A stretch of DNA of 64,000 bases from Eledone cirrhosa (taxonomy: Eukaryota): NCBI GenBank assembly GCA_964016885.1, contig OZ024741.1:280798001-280862000 (forward strand), in the 5' to 3' direction. The notes below the pieces were generated by a model. The model did not search any database. It saw nothing but the letters and a program-made list of their open reading frames with translations, and was not told where the DNA came from. The number at the start of each line of letters is the position of its first letter. Positions within the stretch are counted from its first letter, which is position 1. A program made the translations under genes and the position numbers. This document shows, in pieces, positions 1 through 13,099 of the stretch.

Positions 1-21
1 TCTTAATATAATTGGAAAAGA

Positions 22-57
22 GAAAATGTTTCAGACACTAGTCTTTCATCAGAAGAT
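22..57 (-). ncRNA. Minimal hammerhead ribozyme-like motif (family A, partly decayed)
   Basis: Minus strand reads tctt CTGATGA a AGAC tagt GTCT GAAAC att: both core boxes plus a 4-bp stem II. Confidence 0.55.
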
Positions 58-139
58 AGAAGGGAAAAGAAGGAGGAAGACAAAAGAGAGTAAATACAAA
101 GCAGGAATTGGGGTAGAGAAGACAAAAACAAGTATATAC

Positions 140-655
140 CATATCATCATCGTCACTTTTTAACGTCCATTTTTCATGCATGGGTTAGATGGGCCATCCA
201 CATTATTAGACAAGTCTGGCCAAGTAGCCATGTTATGCCTTGTTAGCCACGTTATGCCACGCACATATCAGGACTGTGTGTTGGCTGGGTTTTTTGTTGT
301 TGCTGGATGCCTTTCCTACAACCAACTGCATTTACAGTGTGGAACTGAGTGACACCATTGTAAGACAAGTCTGGCCAGATGGCTTCGCCATACCTTGCTC
401 AAATGAGATTGTATTTTGGCTGTGGTTTTTACAGCTGGATTCCCTTCCTAACACCAACCACATTTACAGTGTGGAACTGGGTGGTCCTGTTATGAGATAA
501 GTCTGGCCAGATGGCCACTCACACCTTGCACAAATTGGGACTGTTTGATTTTTACAGCTGCTGGATGCCCTTCCTAACACCAACCATGTTTACAGTGTGG
601 AACTGGGTGACACCATTATGAGGAGGATGTGGACGTTAAACAATGATGATGATCA
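140..655. mobile_element. Tandemly reiterated RTE/SINE 3'-tail remnants
   Basis: Three copies of gctggatgcccttcctaacaccaacc...tttacagtgtggaactggg; flanked by catcatcgt...aacgtcc and ggacgttaaac...gatgatgat tails. Confidence 0.6.
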
Positions 656-727
656 TCATGTATACACTCTCTCTCTATATGTATGTGTGTGTGTTAACAG
701 TTATTAATTGTTTATGTTTTTCTGTAG

Positions 728-902
728 ACACTTGGAGAGCAAGAAGAAGTAAGCCACTTGTTGGCCAATGCTTGGCCAGATTCTAATGAAGACTCTGAAG
801 AATTGGAGGAAGAGTTCCAGAAATTGATGAAAGAAGAAGAAAGTATTGCAGAAGATGAGGCTCTTGCTAAAACTCTTTCTAATTTGAGAATTCAAGATAA
901 AT
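728..902 (+). CDS. Internal coding exon of a Snf7/ESCRT-III (CHMP7-like) gene
   Basis: Acceptor tttttctgtag|ACA at 728 and donor AAAT|gtaagt after 902. Translates TLGEQEEVSHLLANAWPDSNEDSEELEEEFQKLMKEEESIAEDEALAKTLSNLRIQDK, resembling the CHMP7 C-terminal region (QDEVSQTLA...DSEELEKELDILL). Family call is from recall, not a search. Confidence 0.65.
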
Positions 903-1149
903 GTAAGTGTTCTATAGCTAATCGTAAAGTATGCTTTCATTTATTTTATCAGGTCATTAAGTATTTGCTTTCCTGTAACATAAATCCTCCTCAAAATTAC
1001 TTTCTTTCCTTTGCAGCATATTTTGTGTTGATAAATTAAGTACCAGTTATATATTGGGATATAACTAAGTGTAAAGTCTGCTTTAAAACATTGTACAGCT
1101 GTTCTTTGTTTTCATTTGTTTTATTTGCTTTCCTGTAACTTAAATCCTA

Positions 1150-1300
1150 AGGTGGTGAATTGGCAAAGTTGTTAGAACGTTGGATAGAAGGATTTACGGT
1201 ATTTGTTTCAGCTCTCTGAGTTCAAACCCCGCTGAGGTCAACTTTGCCTTTCATCCATTCAAAGTCGATAGAAAGTACCAGTCTAGTACTGAGATCGATT
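1150..1300 (+). mobile_element. tRNA-derived SINE with Nin-like domain
   Basis: ggtggtgaattggca...gagttcaaaccccgctgaggtcaactttgcctttcatcc...gtcgata...aagtaccagt. The same motif recurs near 8549, 11043, 31810, 35570, 45393 and 57920. Confidence 0.65.
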
Positions 1301-2189
1301 ATTCCTCTATATATCGTTCTCACTATTCTTTCCCTCACTCTACTCTTCTCTGGAAGAAATCTACTATATTCAAACCTGGAAAGATGATAGACTCCGCTAG
1401 GTTTAAAAAATGTCCGAGAAACGCTCTATGTCAGGCATGTCAAACAAGCACACCTGCAGCCCACATGAAGGTTTTTACAGTGCGAACATGTTTCCGTAAA
1501 ATTAGTTGTAATGTGCGCAATTAGTTGTCATGTGTGGTCCTCAGACAACACATATGTGACCCATGTGGCCCTCGGGGGACCCTCAGTTTGACATGCCTGC
1601 TCTATGTGAATATGGCATAGTTGGTGTGATTTCTACAACTGGTTGCCCTTTCTAATACCAACCACCTTACAGAGTGCATTTTATGATGGCACCAGCACTG
1701 CAGAGTTTGTCATGGTCTTAATGCAATAGAGGTGTCATTTCTGCCCTACAAAATCCAACAAACTGGCAGTCATTAGAATGTCAGTTAGAATGCTCTGCAG
1801 AATCCGTTCCAACTATCTGTACTCTTTCAAATCCTCCTAAAATTAACTTTGCCTTTCATCCTTTTGAGTTTGAAAGAAAAATACTAAGGTCGATTTTCCC
1901 TCTACATCTTTTTTTCATTTCCCTCTCAAGAAGAAATTAGTTTTCGTCAGACCTGGAGTGGAATGGGCTCTGCCAGTTTCCAGTTTTAAAAATGCCCAGC
2001 ATATGTTCCATGTCACTATGATGCCCCTATAATTCCATCAGGAGTTACTGATCCATGATGATTCAGTTACTGATTCAGGGTGTATCAAAAAGGTTATATT
2101 TTTTAAACAAAAGACAAAAAAAACCCAGCGTCCACATACTCCCTCCACAACACTAATATCAAGAAGTCTTCTTGTGAACATGACCTGGG

Positions 2190-2915
2190 CATTACGGTCA
2201 GCAGCGATTTGCGTTGGATGAAGCACGTCTCTAAAATTGTCAAGAAGGCCGAGGGTGTCTTAGCATCACTCAGCAAGACCTTTATCAGCTGCTCTCCAGC
2301 TATCTATTTAAAGCTGTGCGGCCACACTTAGAATTTGCATCACCAGTCTGGAACCCCTATCTTGCTCAGAACATTGACCATCTGGAAACTGTTCAGAGAC
2401 GTGCAACCAAGCGAATACCCTCCATCAGGCATCTACCATACTCTGAGTGCCTTGCTTCCCTGGGCATGGATACATTGAAGCTCTGACGTCTGGTAACTGA
2501 CTTGGTAAACACCCACAAAATTATTAACCATCTTGCCAACAACAACCCTGAGTACCTTTTTGATTTCCGTGTGTCTAACACACGTGGGCATACCCACAAA
2601 GTCAGAAAACAGCACAGCTCCCATGACTTTCGGAAACATTTTTTCACGCTCAGAGTTGCTGAAGCATATAACAAACTACCTGCATCAGTTGTTAGCTGTT
2701 GAGACACTGCATTCTTTAAAACCTCCATGCTTCCTGAGATTTGCCAACACTACACCTAATATTACCCCTCCATACACATACACACATGTATATCATGACT
2801 CATGCACTATTCACTTCCCTGACATTTGTATATTATTCTATGTACTATACATGCACTTTTGACGAGTTGTAGTGCACCTGAGAACTGTACACAATAATTT
2901 CATTATTATTATTAT
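2190..2915 (+). mobile_element. CR1-clade LINE, 3' fragment (degenerate)
   Basis: Spliced-together frames give RPHLEFASPVWNPY..LETVQRRATK..TRGHTHKVRK..RKHFFTLRVAEAYNKLPASVV, typical of the CR1 ORF2 C-terminus, followed by a 3' UTR and (ATT)n tail. Confidence 0.85.
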
Positions 2916-3093
2916 AATCATGCAGTAACTTGTACAATACATGTCTGAATATAATGTTTTATTCTTTTTTTATAAAGTTATTTACATATCCAACATTTGT
3001 CAAAATTGTAAAAAAATCAGATGATTCTTTTTGACACACCCTGCATACATACATTCTAGTGTGAGTTAATGAATGTGATTCTCTAACATTGAG

Positions 3094-3143
<50 letters not shown>

Positions 3144-3216
3144 AGATAGAAAAATATTTGCTTGTTTCAGACTATTTTTTTTCACTGATTCCTGATATCT
3201 GTTTTGATAATTTCAG

Positions 3217-3362
3217 CTTTCTCCAAAGTATCAATATCAGATCCTATTATGGAAGAGGCAGCTCCATTGTTAGAGGAAGATGATGATGACATACCAGTTC
3301 CTTCTATAAAATCAAAATCAAAATCTAAATCTAAATCTGCTGCAGCTCTCCCAGCCTTTTAA
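3217..3362 (+). CDS. Terminal coding exon of the same CHMP7-like gene
   Basis: Acceptor aatttcag|CT at 3217 matches the phase-1 donor at 902 and gives an open frame SFSKVSISDPIMEEAAPLLEEDDDDIPVPSIKSKSKSKSKSAAALPAF* (TAA 3360-3362). Candidate AATAAA near 4396. Confidence 0.6.
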
Positions 3363-3514
3363 GTTATTATTATCATTATTGTTATTATTGATGATGATGA
3401 TGATAGTAATGTCTGTCCAATTTTTGATGATCAATTGAACATCCTTCTCACTCCCCTCCACCTTCATTTGGTATTTCCGATATAGCATTTAACCCATTAT
3501 CGACAACTTAAAGC

Positions 3515-3552
3515 ATGCATGCACACACGCACGTATATATACACGTATATAT

Positions 3553-3603
<51 letters not shown>

Positions 3604-3696
3604 TACACATATATGTATATACACACATATATATATATACACAGATATACATATATATATATACACATACATAGATATATATATATATATATATAT

Positions 3697-3728
<32 letters not shown>

Positions 3729-3928
3729 ACATACATATATATATATATATATATACACATACATAGATATATATATATATATATACACATACATAGATAT
3801 ATATATATATATATACACATACATAGATATATATATATATATATACACATACATAGATATATATATATATATATATACATACATAGATATATATATATAT
3901 ATACATACATAGATATATATATATATAT

Positions 3929-3959
<31 letters not shown>

Positions 3960-3976
3960 CACATACATATATATAT

Positions 3977-4020
<44 letters not shown>
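3515..4020. repeat. Compound (TA)n microsatellite with ~30-bp higher-order period
   Basis: (TA)n interrupted regularly by cacatacataga; source of the YI-rich spurious ORFs. Confidence 0.95.
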
Positions 4021-4024
<4 letters not shown>

Positions 4025-5135
4025 TCTATCAATATGTTGAGTACCTTTTTTAACTTTCGTTACCCCCCCCCCTTCCCCCGACACTACTTGGGAAATATTA
4101 TATATATATAATACATACACCGACACAAATATATACAGAAACATTATACAGATATCTGCATGAAACTATGGTATGGATTTAATGGTCGTGGCACTTACAC
4201 GTATAATAGGCTCTACATTTATTGGTCCCTAAATGTGTTCTCATGTCAAATTGTAAACAAACAAGAAATAACTGGGTATATGTGTGAGTGTATGTGTCTG
4301 TATATGTTTTGATGTATCCAAATATATACAATTTGCTTCAAATGTACAGATAATTATCTCTTTACAGTGAGTTTTCCCTCCTTATCAAAGTTATAAATAA
4401 ATTCAACTTTTATTGTGATACAAAAACAAAATGTTTAAAAATTGGTGAATGATGTTCTCTTCTTATTAACATCTGATTTTTTAAATCTACATCTAAAAAA
4501 TTTCAATTCTGAATATTTTCAATTTAACTGCTGCAAAATTTTAACTATGTAAATTACTCTGTTAGGCCTTGATCACTTTTGGTTATTAATCAATAATCAA
4601 TACGTGTTTAAACACGTTTGTTCTTGTTCACACATAATACACACAAACATGTTTATTATGTGTTCAGCAATTTTGTTTAAATTAATAACAGTTATTCAAT
4701 TTCATATTTATTCACCACTCTTTGACTTCCTTGAGATTCTTACAAAACATGAATCTCTGTTGTTAGATATGTTCTTATTTACAAATAAGATTTACATGAA
4801 GTTTTAAACATTTCTATACTGATTCTAAAATTCCTTTAAGAAAACACATATCATGCACCCTCTTATTTTTACTTAAACAGAAAAGTGTGGGTCAGCATAT
4901 ATATATATATATATATATAAATGAAAATAGAGAAATTAATGTGAGCAAGAAGCCAACAGTAATTCATACATATAAGTGACTATTACGTCAAGATGGAAAA
5001 TATTTAACGTAAGATATGGTAAAATAATTCAATCCCAATTCAAAAAAAGTCAAGACAGAAATTTTATCCACAGATTTTGTGTAATCCAGGGAAAAAAATC
5101 AATAAAATCTTAACTCAGAATAAACACACACACAC

Positions 5136-5208
<73 letters not shown>

Positions 5209-5399
5209 ATGTGTGTGTTATATGTATATATACATACTACATGGCATACAAGTTCTGATAAAGGAAAATAGCTGTCTCTACCAAGAATGCCTATGAAAGT
5301 TTTTTTTAAAGCATACAACTAAAACCATGTATTAATATATATATATATGTGTGTGTGTTATTCATTTGAATTTACAAACAAACACTAGAGGTTATATAT

Positions 5400-5578
5400 G
5401 AGGGTCGGATGAAAAGTTCATAAGCTGTCATAAAGGAGTGATTCTAGAATTGTGAAATCTTCCATGCATTAATTTCAATTCTTATTATTAATAACTACAT
5501 TGTTGCTTTCTTTGACCAAGATGCTCTCATGGAATGAGAGTATCTTGGTCAGTCTATGAATTTTTCAGCCAACCCTTG
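5400..5578. mobile_element. Tc1/mariner-type MITE
   Basis: Imperfect TIRs gagggtcggatgaaaagttcata / tatgaatttttcagccaaccctt; homologous copy at 56142-56278. Confidence 0.7.
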
Positions 5579-5825
5579 TATGTATATGTATACATACATA
5601 CATACATACATACATACATACATACATACACACACACACAGTAGAGAGTCAGGGCCCAACAGCTGAGCTCTTGCCATTTTGACCATAAATTCCAGACTGA
5701 ATCTAGAATTTGCTATTGAAATGGCAAGAATTCAGCCATTGGGTTCCGACTCTCTATTATATTTTCACTCTAATGTTGAGTACTCTGCTGGATAATGGTC
5801 TTACTACCTTAAAACTGGTATAATC

Positions 5826-5830
<5 letters not shown>

Positions 5831-5905
<75 letters not shown>

Positions 5906-6014
5906 CATACATGTATATATACATACATGTATCTATATATATATATATATACATACATGTATCTATATATATATATATATATACATACATGTATCTATAT
6001 ATATATATATATAT

Positions 6015-6047
<33 letters not shown>

Positions 6048-6057
6048 CATACATGTA

Positions 6058-6093
<36 letters not shown>

Positions 6094-6131
6094 CATGTAT
6101 CTATATATATATATATATATACATACATGTA

Positions 6132-6171
<40 letters not shown>

Positions 6172-6482
6172 CATGTATCTATATATATATATATATATAT
6201 ATATACATACATGTATCTATATATATATATATATATATATATACATACATGTATCTATATATATATACATACATGTATCTATATATATATATATATATAT
6301 ATATACATACATGTATCTCTCTCTATATATATATATATACATACATGTATATATATATATATACACATATATATATATATACACATATATATACATATAT
6401 ATATATATATATACATACATACACATCATATATATATATATATACATATATATACATATATATATATATATACATACATACA

Positions 6483-6532
<50 letters not shown>
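5831..6532. repeat. (CT)n then compound (TA)n/catacatgtatc microsatellite
   Basis: Directly visible. Confidence 0.95.
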
Positions 6533-6535
<3 letters not shown>

Positions 6536-7234
6536 GTTGAGACTTCCCCCAGTTACTACTGCGAGTTTATGTGAAAAATGTAAATATTGAGACTCAGAAT
6601 ATTGATGGAAGGAAGACCCAACACATATATATATATATGGTAAGAAGCCAAGAGTAAGATATATGTTTCTGGTGGTAACTGGCTTCATTTAAACTACTAA
6701 TACTCTAGGAGAAATGTATGAACATCATAACATCTATATTTCCTCTTCTCCTGAAGTCAAAACATCTGATGACCCATTGAAAGATTCTCTTAACACAAAG
6801 TCAAACAATTAACTATTCACTGCACTAGTGCATGGAAAAAAAAATTAATATATATAGTATATTTATATACGTATATATATTCAGGGATGGTTGGCCGTTA
6901 CAATAACACCAAATTGGCGAGCCATCCCCAAATAAAATCTATTCTGTATGCTCTGTTTGTGTTTGCCGTAATTCTATTATCTTATATGACTAATTTTGCA
7001 ATCCACACATGTGAGATCGGCTAAGTCGGATGATGTAACAAAGTCATTGAAATACGTATAGTGTTTTCACAACATTAAAACTTTAAAGAATGTTTCCAGT
7101 CCAGCACTCTGTTGTTTTTAAATGACTATATATATAGCCTGAATGTATGGTTGTAATCACTAAAGAAAGAGCCCTCAATATGTAATCATATAAAATATAT
7201 GGCAAACTGGCAAAGGTACTGTATGTATATCTGT

Positions 7235-7815
7235 ATATAGCTACAGCATGGCCACATTTAGAATTTGCATCTGGAACCCCTATTTTGCTCATGGAAACTG
7301 TTCAGAGACGTGCAACCAAGCAAATACCCTCCAGATATCTTCCATACTCTGAATGCCTTGCTTCCCTGGGCATGGATACATTAAAGCTCCGACATCTGGC
7401 AACTGACTTGGTAAACACCCACAAAATTATTAACCATCTTGCCAACAACAACTCTGAGCCCCTTTTTGAATTCCATGTGTCTAACACCCATGGGGATACC
7501 TACAAAGTCAGAAAACAGTATAGCTCCCATGTCTTTTGGAAACATTTTTTCATGCTCAGAATTGCTGAAGTATGGAACAAACTACCTGCATAGGTTGTTA
7601 GCTGTTGGGACACTGCATCCTTCAAAACTTCCATGCTTCCCGAAATTCACCAACACTCTACCTGGTATTTCCCCTCCATACACACGCACGTGTATATCTT
7701 GACCCATACACTGTTCACTTTAATGATATTTGTACATTATTCTATATACTATACATGCACCTTTGATGAGCTGTAGTACACCTGAGCACAGTACCAATAA
7801 TTTTCATTATTATAT
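7235..7815 (+). mobile_element. CR1-clade LINE, 3' fragment (second copy)
   Basis: ORF 7285-7593 ETVQRRATK...KHFFMLRIAEVWNKLPA; same family as 2190-2915. A 3'-UTR-only piece is at 10845-11042. Confidence 0.85.
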
Positions 7816-7919
7816 TATATATTTACAATATGACAAAAGATCAAGGTTAACAACTTAAATTCATTCTTTAACATGTACTATCCTCAACAACAAGAACTTT
7901 AACTGTTGATGACTTATTC

Positions 7920-8910
7920 GTCTGTTTTGCCTGTAAAATCTGTCCAGTGATTCTTTCCTGAGACAATCTAACCACATGCCCATTGTATCAGAGCTCTGAT
8001 CACTCAATTCGGAGAAATCGTAGCTCTACCTGGAAGTACACACTCTATCATGTAACACCAAAACCATTCAGAAGAACCCCATTTCAGCCACTTGTAATCA
8101 CAATCATATTCTTTCGGTTCTTACCTAAGATTCATGACCATAGGTAAGGGTTGGCACAAATACTGAATGGAAGATAGAGAGTTTATCTTTTACACTTACC
8201 TCCCTTCTTTTGATTACCGAATGCTGAAGCTGGCGCATTACTGCACCTAGTTCAGCCTCCAGCCTTCTATCACTCGTTAACATGGCCCCGACATACTTGA
8301 ATTTTTCCACCTGCTTCAGCAGAACTCCATTCACATGTAGAGTGCACAACGTGGGCTTCCTTTGCAGCACTGACTTTCATTCAAGCCATGCAGCACTCGG
8401 CATCAAATCTATCAAGTGCAATTCAAAGATCACCTTCTGTTGAGTTTAGTATCACAGTGTCGTCTGCAAATTCCAGTTGACTGATTTTACACCTGCCAGT
8501 CATGATACCAACCCAGCTGTGTATGTCAATCCTGTTCATGAAAATAATTGTTTCTACTTTTGGCACAAGGCTAACAATTATCCTAGTGCATTACTGGTAC
8601 TTTATTTTATTGACCCTGTAAGGATGAAAGGCAAAGTTAACCTTGGTGGGATTTGACCGTAATTCTATGCTGCAAAGCATGGTGTCCAACCCTCTACCGA
8701 TAATGCCAATCTACTGCCCTTATCCTGTTCATGAAAATAATGAACAGGAGAGGTAACAGTACGAATCCTTGGCGTTTAGTAAGATTTATCCAAACACAAA
8801 TACTCGGGCATTCATATAGGGACATCAGGGCAACTAAAAGCTGACCATTGATCCCATACTACTGCAGAAACTTCCATAGCAGGTTCCAAGGTACACTGAC
8901 ATAACTCTTG
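7920..8910 (-). mobile_element. Degenerate RTE-clade LINE RT fragment
   Basis: ORF 8125-8370 LHVNGVLLKQVEKFKYVG...KLSIFHSVFVPTLTYGHES; FADD-like box near 8460-8471; interrupted by a SINE. Confidence 0.75.
8549..8721 (-). mobile_element. Nin-like SINE with 20-bp target-site duplication
   Basis: atcctgttcatgaaaataat occurs at both 8529-8548 and 8722-8741, flanking the SINE. Confidence 0.85.
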
Positions 8911-9589
8911 CTAATGTAATGTAAGGGGAATAATATAAAAATAATAACTTATTAATTACACTGATGTTCCTAAGTCAGGGGGAAATACTCTTGCTAATAT
9001 GGTGTATTAGTAAAATACTAATTATGTGTGTATAAAGTCACCATTTTGAAGATGAAGATAATTTTGTCTTACAGCTGTTTTTGGCTGTGTATCGCTGTCA
9101 AGGTTACACATCATTTCCGAGCCTCATACGGGAACTCAAAGAAGCCGCAAATATATAGTTTTAACGCTTATATATATGGGCTAATTCGCAGCATTAGGCT
9201 GGCTCAGCCTGAACAAGAAAAAGAATTCAGGTGTTCGGTCCATGTATGTAATAATTATATATCGAATAGTATACGATATGTTTACGAATAAACATTTCAA
9301 AGCCTTTAGCTGTGAATTTGAAAAGTGATAGATGTTAAATTGATACTTCCCCACTGGAGTTACTGCAAGTTTCTCTGAGAAAAAAAAAATATATATGTAT
9401 GTGTATGTATATATATATATATATGTGTGTGTGTATATATATATGTGTCTGTGTATATATATATGCGTGTATTTATATATATGTGTGTATATAAGGGATA
9501 TATATGTATATAAGTGTGTGTGTATATATATGGATATACATATATATGTGTGTGTATGCATATATGGATATATACATATATGTGTATGT

Positions 9590-10400
9590 ATCATCATCAT
9601 CATCGTTTAACGTCCATTTTCCACGCTAGCATGGGTCTGGACGGGAATTGTCCCAAATGAGGCAAGATTGGTTGTCTTGCTCTGGTCTGTCTGTCGGGTT
9701 TTCTACGGCTGGATGCCCTTCCTAACACCAACCACGTTTACAGTGTGGACTGGGTGGTTTTTACCGTGTTACCTGCACGGCCACATTACAGCGTGGACTG
9801 TGTGTTTTTTTGTCGTGACACCTACACGACCTCATTTATTTAGGACTGGATGTTGTGGTACCAACATAGCTTTACATTGAAAGGGGTAGGGGTAGTGGGA
9901 CGGGGGTGTATTTTGGTTAAGAGGTACCTACTGACTGTAGGTTTCGCTTTGTACTTAGGCAAGGCGATCCTTCTGTATTACTGAGTAGCGCCAAAGATCT
10001 CGTTCAAGTCACATTGTCTTGGAGAGGTGTAAGTGTGTGAGGTCGGATTTTATCAAGTGGTCCCAGGTTTTTCTGGGTCTGCCTACTCTGTAGCTACCGT
10101 CTATTTTGATCGCCCTGCACTTTTTTTATACAGCTGTCGTCTTTCATGCGCATCACGTGACCATACCAACGAAGTCTTCTCTCAAGTAAACAACATCTGA
10201 TCCCTCTTATTCCTAATTTCTCACTTAGTTCATTTATGCTTTGCCGTTCGCGTATATTACTATTACACATCCAACGGAGCATGCAAGCTTTGTTCCTCTC
10301 CAGTCTGCGTAGATCCTCCGCACACAAGGCCCATGTCTCACTGCCATGTAACATCGCTGTTCGTATGCAGGCATCATACAGCCTGCCTTTCATTTTTAGA
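9590..10400 (-). mobile_element. RTE LINE, 5'-truncated copy
   Basis: [30 protein letters not shown]...RRLRWYGHVMRM, plus 3' UTR and (GAT)n tail. Confidence 0.9.
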
Positions 10401-10745
10401 GAGAAACCTTTAGCGGCCAATATATATATATATATATATATATGTGTGTATATACATGTGTGTATATAATGTGTATATATATATATATGTATATATATAT
10501 ATGTGTGTGTATATATATATATATGTGTGTGTGTGTATATATATGGATATACATATATATGTGTGTGTATATATATGGATATACATATATATGTGTGTGT
10601 ATATATGGATATATACATAAATGTGTGTGTGTATATATGTGTATATATATAGATATATATATATGTGTATGTGTATATATACGTGTAAATATATATGTAT
10701 ATACATTATATTAATAAATGGAAACTATATTTATAAAACCATAAT

Positions 10746-10811
10746 TATTTTATTATATATATTTCAAGGGCAACCAAGGCAAATTTTGGTGCGCTTTCAT
10801 CAGATAAAATA
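10746..10811 (-). ncRNA. Type I hammerhead ribozyme motif (family B), intact core
   Basis: Minus strand: tattttat CTGATGA aagcgcaccaa-aatttgcc-ttggttgccctt GAA ATATATAT A ataaaata. Has an 8-bp stem I, a long imperfect stem II, a palindromic helix III and an AUA cleavage triplet. Confidence 0.75.
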
Positions 10812-12201
10812 TAAATTAAATATAACCTTTGCATATATATTAAAAACCGTCATGCTTCTCGAAATTCGCCAAAACTACACCTGATGTACCCCTTCCATAC
10901 ACATGCACACATGTGTATATCATGACTCATGCACTGTTCATTTTCCTGACGTTTGTACATTACCCTATGTACTATACATACACTTTTGATGAGTTGTAGT
11001 GCACCTGAGCACTGTACACAATATTTCATTATTATTATTATTAACTTTGCCTTTCATCCTTACAGGGTCGATAAAATAAAGTACCAGTAATGCACTGGTT
11101 ATTTGCTAGCCTTGTGCCAAACGTAGAAACAATTATTATTATTATATGTGTATATATATATATATATACTAGCTGAGGTACCCAGCTTCGCCAAGGTTAA
11201 CAAATGATAAGAAAAAACGTCTTTATTGAATACATTGTCTTGTTTACAGTGTGTGTGTATTGTGTGTGTGTGAGTGTTCGTGTGTACGTGTGTGTGTATA
11301 TATATATGTGTGTGCCTGTGTGAGGGTTCGTGTGTGTGTGTGTATGTGTGTAAACCACCGTTGCAATCGGAGACTGGCCGCGAAACACGATCATCACTGA
11401 CAACGAACTCGCAGAGAGAATCCCTTATGGTTGATTGCCAACCTGCTAGAAATAGCAGTCAGGTTGCTTAGCATACGTGGTATGTCTTTCTTCTTCTTTG
11501 GTGTCATAAAATTAGTATCAATAAACTTTCCTGGATATACTCTTATCCCAATCCTGTACATACTTTCCGATTGTCACTTTCCGTTTTTTTCGTGTGATAC
11601 GCGAAGGAACCAACCAACAAACATCTCTCTTTTATATCTCTTTTATTTGTTCATTCAAAATATTTTTCAGCTAATTCTGTCGTACAATATACATCAGCAA
11701 TCGTTATCTAATGTTTAAAACATATGAATAGCTGCGATATATGCACCATATCAATCAAACACTATATGAGAATTGAATACCATACTAAAACGCCAGTAAG
11801 CTTGCTAAGAACCTGCAGATAGAAATGTTAATAAATACAACATTTGGCTTGGGTAAACTTTAAGATGTTCTATCATTGTAGGTTTCTTTTCTCCTTCTCT
11901 CATCTTCCTTAGCTCACCCTAGAGCATCCTACATACAATTGACCATGGTTTTCCCAGATGAAGGCCAACCACTTTTAGGGTTTGACCCTGAGCTTTGTTG
12001 ATGGTAATCGCGAAGCTTAGTCTCTCTCTTGCTCTAGTAACATTTTTTCTTCTGGAAAATCTGATCTTGCAGCCAGGCTAGGACTTTTTGGGTGGCATAT
12101 CAGCAGTAACAATGACGATAAGCCGTCTGTGCTTTCGTGAAATAAATACGTTTGTTTATATTTTGTTTTTGTGTATGCAAAAATATCTCTACACGAATAT
12201 A

Positions 12202-12237
<36 letters not shown>

Positions 12238-12655
12238 TAACAGATTAAGGTTTAAGCAAAGAATCGCTGCTTTCACCCTTAACGGGACTTCTGAAACTAA
12301 AACAATCAATCTGTGAACGCTAAAGTAAATATTTCGAAAAACATTGCAACCGAAGGAAAACAAGAAGACGATACTTTGGTTCGTGAAGACGTTCCCTGGC
12401 AATGAACGGAAAATGGCGAAGATAATACGTCAGCAATGAGAACAATGTTTTCATAATGTCGTAATGCAGACAGTCAGACATACAGACAGATATTACAAGG
12501 GTGCGACGTTATAGCTATGTATCTATCTAAAAAGACAGACTAAGAAAGAGAGAGAGGTCGATAACCGGCGCCTAACACCCCTTTAACAACAGAAAATGGA
12601 AAAATAAAAGCTGCAGTTAATATCTTTAGACCGCAAGGAATATATAAATGCAAAT

Positions 12656-13003
12656 GGAGGCACATGGCTTAGTGGTTAGAACATTGGCCTTGCAATCGAA
12701 AGATTGTGAGTTCAATTCTCAGTCCAGGCGATGTGTTTCCTTGAGCAAGACACTTTATTTCACATTGCTCCAGTTTACTCAGCTGTAGAAATGAGATGAT
12801 AGGGACTGGGGTCCATATCATTCCACTGTAAAGTCGACGTGTAGGTGCCACGGCAAAAAAGCACCCAGCACTCACTGTAAATGAGGTTGGTGTTAGGAAG
12901 AGCATCCAGCTGTAGAAATCAAGCCAGAATCAGTTCCCGTCCCACCCTTGCAAGCAGGGAAAAAGCGGACGTAAAATGAAATGATGATGATGATGAAATG
13001 ATG
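12656..13003 (+). mobile_element. tRNA-headed SINE with RTE-derived 3' tail
   Basis: A-box-like tggcttagtgg and B-box-like gagttcaattct, a ccttgagcaagacactt core, then an RTE-type tail (tgttaggaag..catccagctgtagaaa..ggacgtaaaatg(atg)n). Confidence 0.8.
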
Positions 13004-13099
13004 AAGTTTAAAGCCAATCAGAGTAGAAATGTGGATTTGTATAGACTTTGCTAAAATTAGGACACACACTCAGACAATTTCAGTTTTGTATATATGTAG

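Noticed and set aside
3489-6590. Long Tyr/Ile/His/Thr-rich ORFs (also near 9181-10714, 14222-14778, 37122, 58073-58429)
   Set aside because: Translations of (TA)n/(CA)n microsatellites, which lack stop codons; not genes.
6760-6800. CTGATGA...GAAA spacing (also weak cases near 8961, 33103, 35208)
   Set aside because: No convincing stem I/II pairing or the core is broken; not counted as ribozymes.
12656-12730. tRNA gene-like A/B boxes
   Set aside because: They are SINE heads continuing into a SINE body and tail; no complete cloverleaf.
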